Part shown: positions 1 through 12,400 of the stretch, piece by piece
How positions within the stretch are numbered: the first letter of the stretch is position 1
Layout: every line of letters begins with the position of its first letter
NCBI GenBank assembly: GCA_951406725.2
Contig: OX597816.1
Coordinates: forward strand, 10,230,001-10,294,000
Source: Octopus vulgaris
Lineage: Eukaryota
DNA length: 64,000 nucleotides
Reading direction: 5' to 3'
Notes under the pieces: model-generated
Databases searched by the model: none
Told to the model about the DNA's origin: nothing
What the model saw: only the letters and a program-made list of their open reading frames with translations
Translations under genes and position numbers: made by a program

Positions 1-1039
1 TTCTTTCAGTTTCCATCTACCAAAACCACTCGCAAAGCTTTGGTTGGCCTGAGGCTATAGTAGAAGATACTTGCCCAAGGTGCCACGCAGTGAGACTGAA
101 CCCGGAACCATGTGGTTGGTAAGCAAGCTACTTACCACACAGCCACTCCTGCCCCTATAGTAGTATCATCATTATTGTTCAACTTCCTGTTCCCCATGCT
201 TGCCTGGGTCCGACAGGATCTGTTTGGCAGATCTTTCTATGGTTGGATGCTCTTCCTGCTGCCAACACTTGTTTCCAAACAAGGCAATGTTTTCCCATGG
301 CTAGATATAATTTTCATGATGGCTCATTTGCAATCATCACATAACAAGAACACAAACTTTCCAATATCTTTTACTTGAGCCAGTCATTAGGCTGTGGCCA
401 TGCTGGGGCACCACCTCGAAGAATTTTAGCCGAATGAACCAATCCCACGACTTACTTTTTATTAAAGCCTGGCAATTGTTCCGTCAGTCTCTTTTGACAA
501 ACCACTAAGTTACAGGGACATAAACATGCCACCAAGAGCTGTCAAGCAGTGGTGGGGGACAAATACTGACACACACACACACATATTCACAAGGGGTTTC
601 TTTTGGTTTCCATCCACCAAATTTAACTACCAAATTTAACCCCAGTGTCATGTAAAATGCACTTATCCTGCTGCCATATAAGAACCCATGGTGGCACCAT
701 GTGAAAAGCACCAGTGCTGGCGTCACATAAGAAGAACTCAGGCTGGCACCACCTAAGAAGCACCTGGTACACTCTGCAAAGTGGTTGGGATTGAGAAGGG
801 CATCCAAATGTAGAAACCATGCCAAAGCAGACAATTAGAGCCTGGTGCTGCCCTCTGGCTTGCCAGCTCCTGTCAAACCATCCAACCCATGCCAGCATGG
901 AAAAACAGACGTTCAATGATGTTGATAATTCCCTTTAGCTTCTGTGATGAAAGAAAACATTCAAATAGTTTACCATTAAGACATTGTCCACTGTCCTAAC
1001 TCTCCATCCTGTTTCACAAATATATAATTTAAACATAAA

Positions 1040-1378
1040 TCGAATGTGGCCGATGCCAGCGCTGGTGGCACATAAAAAAAAAAACACCATCCGAACGTGG
1101 CCATTGCCAGCGCCGCCTTGGCTGGCTCCTATGCTGGTGGCACGTTAAAAGCTCCAACCGATCGTGGCCGATGCCGGACCCCCCTGGCACCTGTGCAGGT
1201 GGCACGTAAAAAGCACCCACTACACTCGCGGAGTGGTTGGCTTTAGGAAGGGCATCCAGCTGTAGAAACTCTGCCAGATCAAGATTGCAGCCTGGTGCAG
1301 CCCCTGGCTTCCCAGACCCCGGTCGAACCGTCCAACCCGTGCTAGTACAGAAAATGGACATTAAATGATGATGATGAT
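1040..1378 (+). mobile_element. RTE 3' UTR-only copy (representative; others at about 664-925+, 7740-8160+, 13287-13532+, 13897-14103+, 22243-22500-, 23714-24237-, 32393-32670-, 35051-35150-, 36368-36652+, 37211-37625-, 47349-47627-, 49240-49616+, 50815-50960+, 53839-54287-, 55690-55773+, 61842-62184+)
   Basis: Shared core gtggcacgtaaaaagcacccactacactc..gagtggttggcgttaggaagggcatccagc..ccaacccatgctagcatggaaagcggacgttaaac(gat)n, essentially the same as the UTR attached to the LINE at 5018-5300. Confidence 0.88.
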
Positions 1379-2469
1379 AAATGTGTTTCACATTGCCATA
1401 GCACATCAAATTTTGATATCTCCTGGGTAATATTTAAGCTGAGCTTGATCTATTGTTTAGCATGTTTTCCTCTATTATCGGAATCTTTTTATATGTATAT
1501 AATTTGTTTTTCCATCGCCATCTCCCCCTCTCTCTCTCTTTTTCTCTTTCCATTCTGTTCTACAGAGTCAGTCACAACTTAGACTCTGTGGTGTTCAATT
1601 ATTTTCATCTTCATTGATGGGAAACACACACACACCTATTTAGTTTACTTGCTTTTCTATCTTCAAAACAGCAATAACAATAACAATAATAATAATAATA
1701 ATAATAATATCAAGATAATTCAGCCCCAAACACATTAACATTGAATTCTCATAAATCCCCAAATCCCTTCTCCCGACGTGTTAGTTTATAAAAAACACAA
1801 CCAAACAAAGAAATGGTAAATAAAATTAAATAGTGTGTGGTGAATTTTTATAAACTGGGGTATTCTGTTTCATGGTAGAACATTGTCAAGAAATATTATT
1901 TTGCTTCGTTAATTTTTAATACTTGAAACATTTGATAGTGCTGTCTCACTAGAATAAAGAAAAAATAAAGATACTAACCAAAATATTTTTACAGAAACAA
2001 TTTTAGCCGTCTCTCACAAAAATTGTGTTGAATTCATTTCTATCTTCATATAATAAACGGTGAAATATGATGGCATTGCTTTCATGAGCATGATTGTCTA
2101 ACTTTACTTTGGCTCTCATTATCTCTGTTCATATAAATTTATATACACACACACACATACACATATGTGTGTGTGCATATTATATAAATATATATACATA
2201 CACACACATATATATATGTACATTTAGAAAGAGAAGGAGAGGGAAAGAAAGGGGGAGAGAAAGAGAGAAGATATGCATGAATCTGTCTCTTTTGCTATAT
2301 GTGTGCGTACATATATATATATATATGCATGCATATGGCAAAAGAAAGAGACCGACAAACAGACAGGTTCATGTATATCTTCTGTCTGTCTGTCTGTCTC
2401 TCTAAATATATATATATATGTGTGTGTGTTTGTGTGTGACAGACAGACAAAATTTTCTTTGTTTTAATA

Positions 2470-2486
2470 CATACACTCATACATAC

Positions 2487-2538
<52 letters not shown>

Positions 2539-2652
2539 TATTATTATTATTATTGTTGTTGCTGAGCCATAAATCTGAAGTGGGTATAAGAATATATATA
2601 TATATATATATATGTACATACACATATATATATATACATATATATATATATG

Positions 2653-2698
<46 letters not shown>

Positions 2699-2829
2699 CA
2701 CAACCCCACCATTTATTGATCTATATATATATATATATATGTACATACATATATATATATATACATATATATATATACACAACCCCACCATTTATTGATC
2801 TATATATATATATATATATATGTACATAC

Positions 2830-2860
<31 letters not shown>

Positions 2861-2941
2861 CACAACCCCACCATTTATTGATCTATATATATATATATAT
2901 ATATATGTACATACATATATGTATATATATATATACATACA

Positions 2942-2983
<42 letters not shown>

Positions 2984-3198
2984 TACATACATATATGTAT
3001 ATATATACATATATATATATGTATATATATATGTATATATATATATGTGTGTATATATATGTGTATATATGTGTGTATATATATGTGTGTATATATATAT
3101 GATATGCATGAATCTGTCTGTTTCTCAACCACCATATACATGTGTGTGTCTGTATAATATGTACATATATGTAGATTTGTAAGTACATACACACACAC

Positions 3199-3229
<31 letters not shown>

Positions 3230-3270
3230 TATACATACAAACACACACACATATATATATATATATATAC
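2470..3270. repeat. Compound (TA/CA/TG)n microsatellite with a thrice-repeated ~80-bp unit
   Basis: cacaaccccaccatttattgatc recurs at about 2699, 2777 and 2861 within (TA)n. Confidence 0.95.
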
Positions 3271-3374
3271 ACCCCACACACGTCTGCATGTTTTAATACA
3301 ACCTTTGTGTTCCTATCCTTTGACGTACATTCTCGTTTGCTTGGATGTGTTTCAAAGGATATTGGAGGAATGAT

Positions 3375-3457
3375 GGGGTGGGGTGGGGTGGTGCGGGGGT
3401 GCGACGCCAGAAGAGGGTGGGTCGGGTGCTGGGCATGGGGTGGGGTGGGGGTGGGGG
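3375..3457 (+). promoter_or_regulatory. G-quadruplex-forming G-tract cluster in a CpG-retaining unique island
   Basis: Twelve runs of 3 or more G with mostly short loops. Confidence 0.55.
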
Positions 3458-3847
3458 AACGAACGAAACATCGTTTGTGTGATTACTTCTCGCTATGCAA
3501 AATGTGTTCCCGCGTTCCTCGTATTTTGTACCAGCCATGTTTAATTGCGAATATATTGTGTGTAAACAGGCTTGTGGAACTTTTGTTGATGACTCGCTAT
3601 GACGAGATAATGAAGTGGTAACGACATAAAGTCACGTCTCACTGAACAGCCTTTGATAATAAAATCTTCCGAGTTTATTGATTTTATTTATTTATTTTTT
3701 TTTGTTTTCCCCTCTCGCCACTCAGAATGAAATTATGTCACATGGTGTAATAACAATAATAATAGTAATAGTAGTAGTAATAATGATGATAATAATAATA
3801 ATAATAATAAATAATAATAATAGTTAATAATAATGATAATAATAATA

Positions 3848-3878
<31 letters not shown>

Positions 3879-5017
3879 TAATGATGATGATGATAATAAT
3901 GATAATAATAATAATAATGATAATAATAATAATGATAATAAGAAGAAAAATAGTTTGGCAATTCATGTCTTTGATACGCTTCTCCTTTGTTCTTTTTTTG
4001 TTTTTCTTTTTAATTTGGTTGAAGCATGATTACCTGGACACATATGGGTATTTTATGGTTCCTTGTAATTCAAGTTCTTTTGCCATGAACACTAACCAAA
4101 GAGCTGAGGTTAAAAGGAGGAGAAAATAAAAACAAAAATAAACTAACAAAAAAAAAAAACTAACCAAAAAAAATAAAAGGAAGAATTTTATATTCTGCAA
4201 TATGTGGCAAGAGGCATGGCAGATGTTTGGAAAGACTACTTCATCTAATATGTAGACAAGTTTAACATGGTTAAATCAAAAGATTTGATTTGATTAAGAA
4301 ATAAATAAAAAAAAAAAAGAGAGATTTGTTAATCAGCAGTTCTGAATGTTCTGTTTAGTCTTCTAAGAATGGTCTTGTGGAATGGTTGGTTTGTACTTTA
4401 TGGAAGTAGGGAACAATCAGGCTAGTTTTTAAAATTTATTCCAGCAGTCAGTCATCTTTGGAGTCAGTGTTTTAATGTCTGCTTTTCAATATTTGCTTTC
4501 ATCACCACCACTATCACACACATTCCTATTTTAGCCTACTTTATTAGACAAATATAATTAGATCTGGTAAAGCAAGATATGTCATATTCAATCTGAGAAT
4601 CCGTTTCAGATTCATAGCTCAACCATAATATTATTGATTTCAAATTGTGGCACAAGGCTAGAAATTTGGTGGGAGGGATAAATCGATTACATTGACCCCA
4701 GTGTTTAACTGGTACTTAATTTAGCGGTGAACTGGCAGAAACGTTAGCACCCTGGGTGAAATGCTTAGCAGTATTTCGTCTGCCGCTACGTTCTGAGTTC
4801 AAATTCCGCCGAGGTTGACTTTGCCTTTCATCCTTTCAGGGTCGATTAAATAAGTACCAGTTACGCACTGGGTTCGATATAATCGACTTAATCCATTTGT
4901 TCTTGTTCGTCCCCTCTGTGTTTAGCCCCTTGTGGGTAGTAAAGAAATAGGTACTTATTTTATCAACCCTGAAAGGACGAAAAGCACAGTTGACCTTCGT
5001 GGACTTACCGTAATAAT

Positions 5018-7504
5018 CATCATCATCATCATCATCATCGTTTAACGTCCGTTTTCCGCGCTAGCACGGGTTGGACGGTTTGACCGGGGTCTGGGAAGCC
5101 AGGGGCCGCTCCAGGCTCCAGTCTGATTTGGCAGAGTTTCTACGGCTGGATGCCCTTCCTAACGCCAACCACTCCGTGAGTGGATTGGGTGCTTTTTACG
5201 TGCCACCTGCACAGGGGCCGGGGGGTCCGGCATTGGTCGCGATCGGTTCGGTTCGAGCTTTTAACGTGCCAGCGGCACGGGGGCAACTGGGTCCGGGGTA
5301 CTTTGAATGGGTAGGGGGTATGTGGAATTGCTGCAGAAAGCAGCCCGGGTCTTTGCAGTCACAGCATATCTCCAGAGATCTCGGTCTTTCGCCATTGCCT
5401 CAGTGAGGCCCAATGCTCTGAGGTCATGCTTGACTACCTCATCCCATGTCTTCCAGGGTCTACCTCTCCCCCTGATACCTTCAACTGTTTGGGAGTGGCA
5501 CTTCTTCACACATCTCTCTTCATCCATCCGCAGCACATGACCATACCATCGCAAGCGTCGCTCTTGCACACCACATCTGATGCTTCTTATATCCAGCATT
5601 TCTCTTAGGATGCTTACACTCTGTCTTGCGTGCACACTGACACTACACATCCAGCGGATCATGCTAGCTTCATTTCTTTCAAGTCTACGCATGTCCTCTG
5701 CAGTCACTGCCCATGTTTCATTACCGTGAAGCATGGCAGTTCGCACACATGCATCATACAATCTACCTTTCGCTCTGAGGGAGAGACCTTTTGTTGCCAG
5801 TAGGGGTAGGAGCTTTCTGAACTTTGCCCAGGCTATTCGTATTCTAGTGGTGATACTCTCTGTGCATCCACCTCCGCTACTAACTTGGTCACCCAGGTAG
5901 CGGAAACTATCAACTACTTCTAGTTTTTCTCCCTGGAGTGTGATGGAATCTGTTTTCTGAGTGTCTGTTGTGTCTATTGTCCCTGTGCATCTGCCGCACA
6001 TGAAAGCTATCTTATCTGTTAATTTCCCTTTAATGTTGCTGCATCTCTTATGTGTCCATAACTTACATTGGGTGCATCTTATGGAGTTTCTACCTGTACC
6101 TTTCCTACAGATTGAGCAGGGCCACCTACCCGAGGGGGTGTGTGTTGAGTACCTCTTGCTGCTTACTAATACTTTGGTCTTTGCTACATTTATTCTAAGG
6201 CCCTTTTGATTCCAACCCTTGCTTCCACACCCGAAATTTCTCTTCTAGTTCCGGTAGTGATTCTGCTATGAGAGCTAGGTCATCGGCATAGAGGAGCTCC
6301 CAGGGGCATCCCGTTTTGAATTCCTCTGTTATTGCCTGAAGGACTATGATGAATAAAAGGGGACTGAGGGCTGAGCCCTGGTGCACACCTACTTCTACCC
6401 GGAATTCTTCACTATATTCGTTGCCAATCCTAACCTTGCTGACAGCCTCTCTGTATAGAGCCTGTACAGCCCTTATTAGCCATTCTTCAATCTCCAGTTT
6501 CCGCATCGACCACCAGATGAGGGAACGGGGAACCCTGTCAAAGGCTTTCTCCAAGTCTACAAAAGCTATGTAGAGGGGTTTATCTTTAGCTAGGTACTTC
6601 TCCTGCAGTTGTCGGACCAGGAATATAGCATCAGTGGTGCTTCTACCTGGTACAAAACCGAACTGCATTTCATCTAAACAAATTCTCTCCCTAATGAGAT
6701 GGGTTATGACCTTCTCTGAGACCTTCATCACCTGGTCCAACAGTTTGATACCTCTGTAGTTATTTCTATCTAGAGCATCACCCTTACCCTTGTAGCAGTT
6801 GACTATGGTGCTGCTGCACCAGTCATTGGGTATGACTCCATTGTGAACTACCTGGTTTACAATGCGGGTGACTATGGTATAGCCCACATAGCCAGCTGTT
6901 TTAAGCATCTCAGCAGTGATTCCTGATAGGCCAGGGGCTTTGCCTGGTTTCATATCCTTAATTGCCTTATCTACAAGGGAGCTGTCTATTCGGGTAGCTG
7001 GTCCCTCTACTGGGTCAACATTTGGCAGGCTCTCCTCCTCCCATTCATTCTCCTCATTCAGCAGTCTTTCATAATGGCTTCTCCAAGCCTCTTTCTTTTC
7101 ACTAGCAGTAAATGCAAGTGCCCCATCATCCATGCGGACACATTTCTCTCCTATAACATCACTATTTTCTCTGACACACTGTCTGGCAATCCGAAATACT
7201 TCAGCTCTTTGATCCTCACGTCGCTTGACATTGGCAAACTTCTTCTTTTCTGCTACGTCTTTGGCTATGTATACCTGCCGCCCAGCCTCCCTTTTGGCTA
7301 TCTGGTACAGTTCCCTGCTGCCCCCCATCCTTCCAGGCTTTCCAGGCCCGTCTCTTTTTCACAGATGGCTTTATCTACTGCACTATTCCACCACCACGTA
7401 ATTCTAGGTCTGGAAGGGACTTTGTACCATCCACAGACTCGGTCTGTGGCACTCAGCAAGCTGTCCCGTAGGAATTCCCAGCTACCTTCTATGTCTGACG
7501 TCTG
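5018..7504 (-). mobile_element. RTE-clade non-LTR retrotransposon (LINE), 5'-truncated and frameshifted; RT domain plus 3' UTR ending in a (GAT)n tail
   Basis: ORF 6195..7328 has RT motifs NYRGIKLL, QFGFVPGRSTTDAIF, FVDLEKAFDRV, GVHQGSALSPLLF, YADD. ORF 5261..6001 has the RTE C-terminus (FRYLG, RRLRWYGHVLRM, RGRGRPWKTW). The sequence runs directly into the 3' UTR and the (CAT)n tract at 5018-5039. Confidence 0.95.
6195..7328 (-). pseudogene. RTE reverse transcriptase domain (disrupted ORF2 fragment)
   Basis: 377-aa ORF with canonical RT motifs including YADD; no endonuclease domain; frame lost near 6200 and resumed in ORF 5261..6001. Confidence 0.92.
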
Positions 7505-8372
7505 AAATTAATAATAATAATGATAATCTTTTCTACAATAGGCACAAAGCCTGAAATTTTGGGGGTGGCATTATGTCAACCTCAGTGCACAGCTGGTATT
7601 TGTTTTATTGACCCTGAAAAGATGAAAGGCTGCAGAATTTGAACTCAAAATGTGAAGAACTGGCAGACATGCCGCTGAGCATTTCTTTGACTGACGTTCT
7701 AATGATACTGCCAGCTTGCCAAAGGCCAGCAGGTTTTGGATCAACATCAATGGAAATTACAGCTGTGATACCAGTGCAAGTGGTATGTAAGACAACCATC
7801 CGAACGTAGCCGTAGCCAGCGCCGCCCCCAACTGGCTTCGTGCCGGTGGCACGTAAAAATCACCATCCGATTGTTGCCATTGCCAACCTCACCTGGCCCC
7901 CATGCTGGTGGCACGTAAAAAGCACCTTCCGATCGTGGCTGTTTGCCAGCATCATCTGGCACCTGTGCTGGTGGAACGTAAAAAGCACCCACTACACTCA
8001 CGGAGTGGTTGGCGTTAGGAAGGGCATCCAGCCGTAGAAACATTGCCAGATCAGACAGGGCCTGGTGCAGCCTTCTGGCTTCACAGACCCCAGTTGAACC
8101 GTCCAACCCATACTAGCATGGAAAGTGGATGCTAAACGATGATGATGATGATGATGATGAGGTCAAGTCAGTTACATTGACCCTAGGACCTGATGAGAAC
8201 TTATTCTATTAACCCCCAAAATATGAAAGGCAAAGTTAGCTTCACCATAATTTGAACTCAGAATGTAACGAGTTGGAAGAAAGAGTGCAAAATATGTTTT
8301 CTGATGCTCTAACAATTCCCCCAGTTTAGTGCCCTCGTTTTAACAATAATCTTTTCTACTAAGGGCACAAGA

Positions 8373-8469
8373 CCTGATTTGAACTGACCTTAGCCTGATT
8401 TGAACTGACCTTAGCCTGATTTGAACTGACCTTAGCCTGATTTGAACTGACCTTAGCCTGATTTGAACT
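8373..8469. repeat. 21-bp minisatellite x4.6
   Basis: Perfect copies of cctgatttgaactgaccttag. Confidence 0.95.
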
Positions 8470-9419
8470 CGAAATGTTAGAAGCCAAAAGAAATACTGCA
8501 AAGCACTTTTGCTGATGCTTCAACAACTCTAACAGCTCACTGCAACAATAACAACAACAATAATAGCCCTCAAGTTATCCACATCATCTCTCTTTCTTTC
8601 TGTCTATTTTTCTCTCTCTCTCACTCACTCCCTCCCTTTTTCTGTTTCTTCATCTTCTTCTCTCATTCACTCCCTCCCTCTCTTTTACTCTGTTTCATTC
8701 TTTCTGTCTTGTTTCTCTCTCCCTTTCTTTCTCTTTGTTTCTCTCACTCTCTCTCTTGATTCACGGAACAATCAGTTTTTTTTTTTGTTTTGCTTTTGCT
8801 TTTGCTTTTTGTTGGGGAATTTCTGTGACTGTTGATCTGTAAATCTCTGCATTGAGATAAAAGGCAAAAACAAACAAACAAACAAAGACAAACAACTGCT
8901 GCTCACCCACCCCCAACACCCCAAAATCAGTGATATTATTTGCAAAATCCAGCTTGAAGGAATCTAGCATTCCTTTTGCCTTTTCGAGAATTTGTTGGGG
9001 AGCAGGAAATAATCTTCACACGTCCACCAAAAACAAAAACACTCATTCATAACATTTCATTATTGTTGTTGTCGTTGCCATGGTAATTGCTTTTCTGGTA
9101 TTGTTGGTATTGTTCTTGTTGTTGTTTAGTCTGGAATTATCAAGGCAATCTATAATCAAAGACATTTCAGACATTATCAACATTTCCAAAGTCTCCTTCC
9201 TTTTATATTTTATCTTAAAGTCAGTACAGTACAAGGAGTGTGATCTGAGGCAGATTTGACTGCTATTTCTAACGTGTTAAGAAACCACATTGACTCACTT
9301 TTGTTGTCGGTGGTCATAAGTACAGGAAGAAAAATTTGCTTATGAGCAGCAAACACTGGTCCACAATATTTTATTAACAAGTTTTATTTTTTTTTCAGTC
9401 TTAATATCAAAAACAAACA

Positions 9420-9492
9420 CAATGATAATCCTAATAATAATAATAATAATAATAACAACAACAACAACAATAATAATAATAATAATAATAAC

Positions 9493-9524
<32 letters not shown>

Positions 9525-9540
9525 CAATAATAATAATAAC

Positions 9541-9572
<32 letters not shown>

Positions 9573-9573
9573 C

Positions 9574-9608
<35 letters not shown>

Positions 9609-9785
9609 CAATAATAATAATAATAATAATAATAACAATAATAATAATAATGATAATAATAATAATAACAACAATAATAACAACAATAATAATAATAACA
9701 ACAATAATAATAATAATAATAATAATAACAACAATAGTAATAATAATAATAATAATAACAATAATAATAATAATAATAATAATAG
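9420..9785. repeat. (TAA/CAA)n trinucleotide microsatellite (others 3748-3940, 9998-10128, 10343-10420, 45402-45781, 46367-46762)
   Basis: Directly visible. Confidence 0.97.
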
Positions 9786-10341
9786 TATTGAGAAGAGCAT
9801 TGTCGATGTGAGAACTGTTGCTGCTCATGCATTTTAATTTAACTTAAAAAAAAAAAAAAAAAAAAAAAATGAACGAACTACTGAGTTTGGTTTAATGGCC
9901 TACCAATATACACTATGAGTTTCTTTGCCCTAGGAGTCGGGAAGACACTCGGCAAGAAATGGAAGAAAATTTGAAAGAAGAAAAAAAAAAAAGTAAAAAT
10001 AATAACAACAACAATAATAATAATAATAATAATAATAACAATAACAATAATAATAATAATAATAATGATAATCCTAATAACAATAATAATAATAATAATA
10101 ATAATAACAATAATAATAATAATAATAATCTTTTCTACTCTAGGAACAAGACCTGATATTTTGGGGTAGGGGACTAGTTGATTACATTGACCCTAGTACA
10201 CAACTGGTACTTAATCTGTTGACCCTGAAAGGATGAAAGGCAAAGTGAACCTCGGTGGAATTTGTACTCAGAATGTAAAAATAGAAGAAATACCACTAAG
10301 TATTTCACCTGGTGTGCTAACAATTCTGCCAGCTCACTGCC

Positions 10342-10387
<46 letters not shown>

Positions 10388-11370
10388 TAACAATAATAAT
10401 AATAATAATAATAATAATGATGTTGATTTCTAAAGCAAAAAGGGACAATATAATACAAGGGACAAGTGGGGTGTTGAACAATAATAATAATAATAATAAT
10501 CCTTTTTTTACTATAGGCACAAGGCCTGAAATTTGGGGGAGGGGGATAGTTGATTACATTGACCCCAGAGTGTAACTGGTACTTAATTTATTGACCCCAA
10601 AAGGATGAAAAGCAAAGTCGACCTCAGTGGAATTTGAACTCAGAACGTAAGGATGGATGAAACGTTACTAAGCATGTTGCCCGTTGTGGTACTGATTCTA
10701 CCAGCTTTAATAATAATAATAATAATAATAATAATGATCTTTGTATATCAATCAAATGAGTAAGGTTTCAAATCACTTCAGAAATATTTCTACACATTTT
10801 GGCAATGAAGATTTTCAGGAGGATGTTCAAAGTGTTTTCCATTGCTCCACAAAAAATTTAGGGGGTTGCACTTGCAGCTCCTGTTGCTGAGCCTAATGCT
10901 AGTGGTGAGGGTGTTGTTGTTGGTAATGAAGCTGCTTTAGCCCCATGTTAATCTTGCCAGAGTAGACCCATCATCAAAACCGTTCCAACTACCCCCTCGT
11001 CCTGACTTCGTTTTGGAACCTATGTTAGAATACCTTATACATCGTGTATATCCTTCCATTTTCAAAATGGGTATGATTTGAAAGAGATTTGGCTGCTATT
11101 TCTAGCAGATAGAGATCAGAGCCCCTATGGGGTCAGCCTATGTTATAAGTCATCATGGTATTATCAGTGGTCAGATTCTAATGACATTCCAACTGTGACC
11201 ATCTTACCTTTTTGTTTATCAATGACTGCTGTAAGTCATCATGGCATTGCTGTTTAGATTCAGGTCAATCGCAATCCATCTGTGACCATCTCATCTTTTT
11301 GTTTATCATTCATTATATACTGCAATGTGTATCCATCCTCATTTAACTCTTTGGCATTTAAACTGACCAT

Positions 11371-11767
11371 GCGCAAGAGTGACTGTGTGGTAAGTAGCTT
11401 GCTTATCAACAACATGGTTCCAGGTTCAGTCCCTCTGCATGGCACCTTGGGCAAATGTCTTCTGCTATAGCCTCGGGTCGACCAAAGCCTTGTGAGTGGA
11501 TTTGGTAGACGGAAACTGAAAGAAGCCTGTCGTATATATGTATATATATGTATGTGTGTGTATATGTTTGTGTGTCTGTGTTTGTCCCCCCAACATCGCT
11601 TGACAAACGATGCTGGTGTGTTTACATCCACGTAACTTAGTGGTTCAGCAAAAGTGACTGATAGAATAAGTACTAGGCTTACAAAGAATAAATCCTGGGG
11701 TCGATTTGCTTGACTAAAGGTGGTGCTCCAGCATGGCCACAGCCAAATGACTGAAACAAATAAAAGA

Positions 11768-11768
<1 letters not shown>
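11371..11768 (+). mobile_element. tRNA-headed CORE-like SINE, family A (other copies about 1-155-, 17008-17400+, 17768-18535+ interrupted, 32845-33222-, 34221-34614-, 38223-38639+, 51038-51452+, 51894-52298+, 60483-60997-, 63023-63408+ and many fragments)
   Basis: A box (tggctgtgtggtaag), B box (ggttcagtccc), CORE-like ggcaccttgggcaagtgtctt, internal (TA/TG)n tract, 3' end ctccagcatggcc.cagtcaaatgactgaaacaagtaaaaga; many near-identical copies. Confidence 0.88.
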
Positions 11769-11798
<30 letters not shown>

Positions 11799-11829
11799 CG
11801 TGTGTGTGTGTGTGTGCATGAATATACAT

Positions 11830-12400
11830 ATTTGATAAAAATGACTTTGATGCTTTACTTCTATGAGTCATTTCCAAAGTAATTATTTAACTGCTTTCTG
11901 TAACTTTTTGTGTTCTAGTGGTGACTACTTCACACTTTGGGATTAATAAATATATTCAATCATTGACTCCCTAGCACCCTATTTCCAATATACTTTTCCT
12001 ACTGATAAATATCACAAACCAGAAGAATGGTTAAAGGCTTATTGTTCAGGCTCTAAAGAAGCTACTCGTTCTGCCTTACCTGGCAGAGATTTATTACACA
12101 CCTTGATAGCTTGTTATGCCAAGTTCAGTTGTTCTACAGATTTGGCCTCTGTTTACAATTGAGAATGGCAAGTGCCACAGATATACTTGTCACTTACTGC
12201 TTGACACAGCTCTCTATTTGCACAGGAAGCAATGGTAATAATCTATATTGCTGGTAAGTCAACGAGGATTTCCATCAATGCTATCGAGGCAGTGATAATT
12301 GAAATGACAGGTGAATCAACCTTGAACATTGCCTGAGGAAATGAATTGGTCAAACAACCATTTGCAGAAGTGCATTCTGTGTAAGAGTACTGTTAGAATA
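11830..12400 (+). pseudogene. Decayed ORF relic of unknown family (probable upstream part at 10741-10947)
   Basis: 144 codons (11950-12381) with only 3 stops, all TGA; protein-like composition. Confidence 0.5.

Noticed and set aside
1029-1409. Recurrent LRLDALPNANH peptide ORFs that look like a gene family
   Set aside because: Translations of the RTE 3' UTR repeat, not host genes.
8373-8469. Short direct repeats as a possible CRISPR array
   Set aside because: No spacers, eukaryotic context, SINE-derived.
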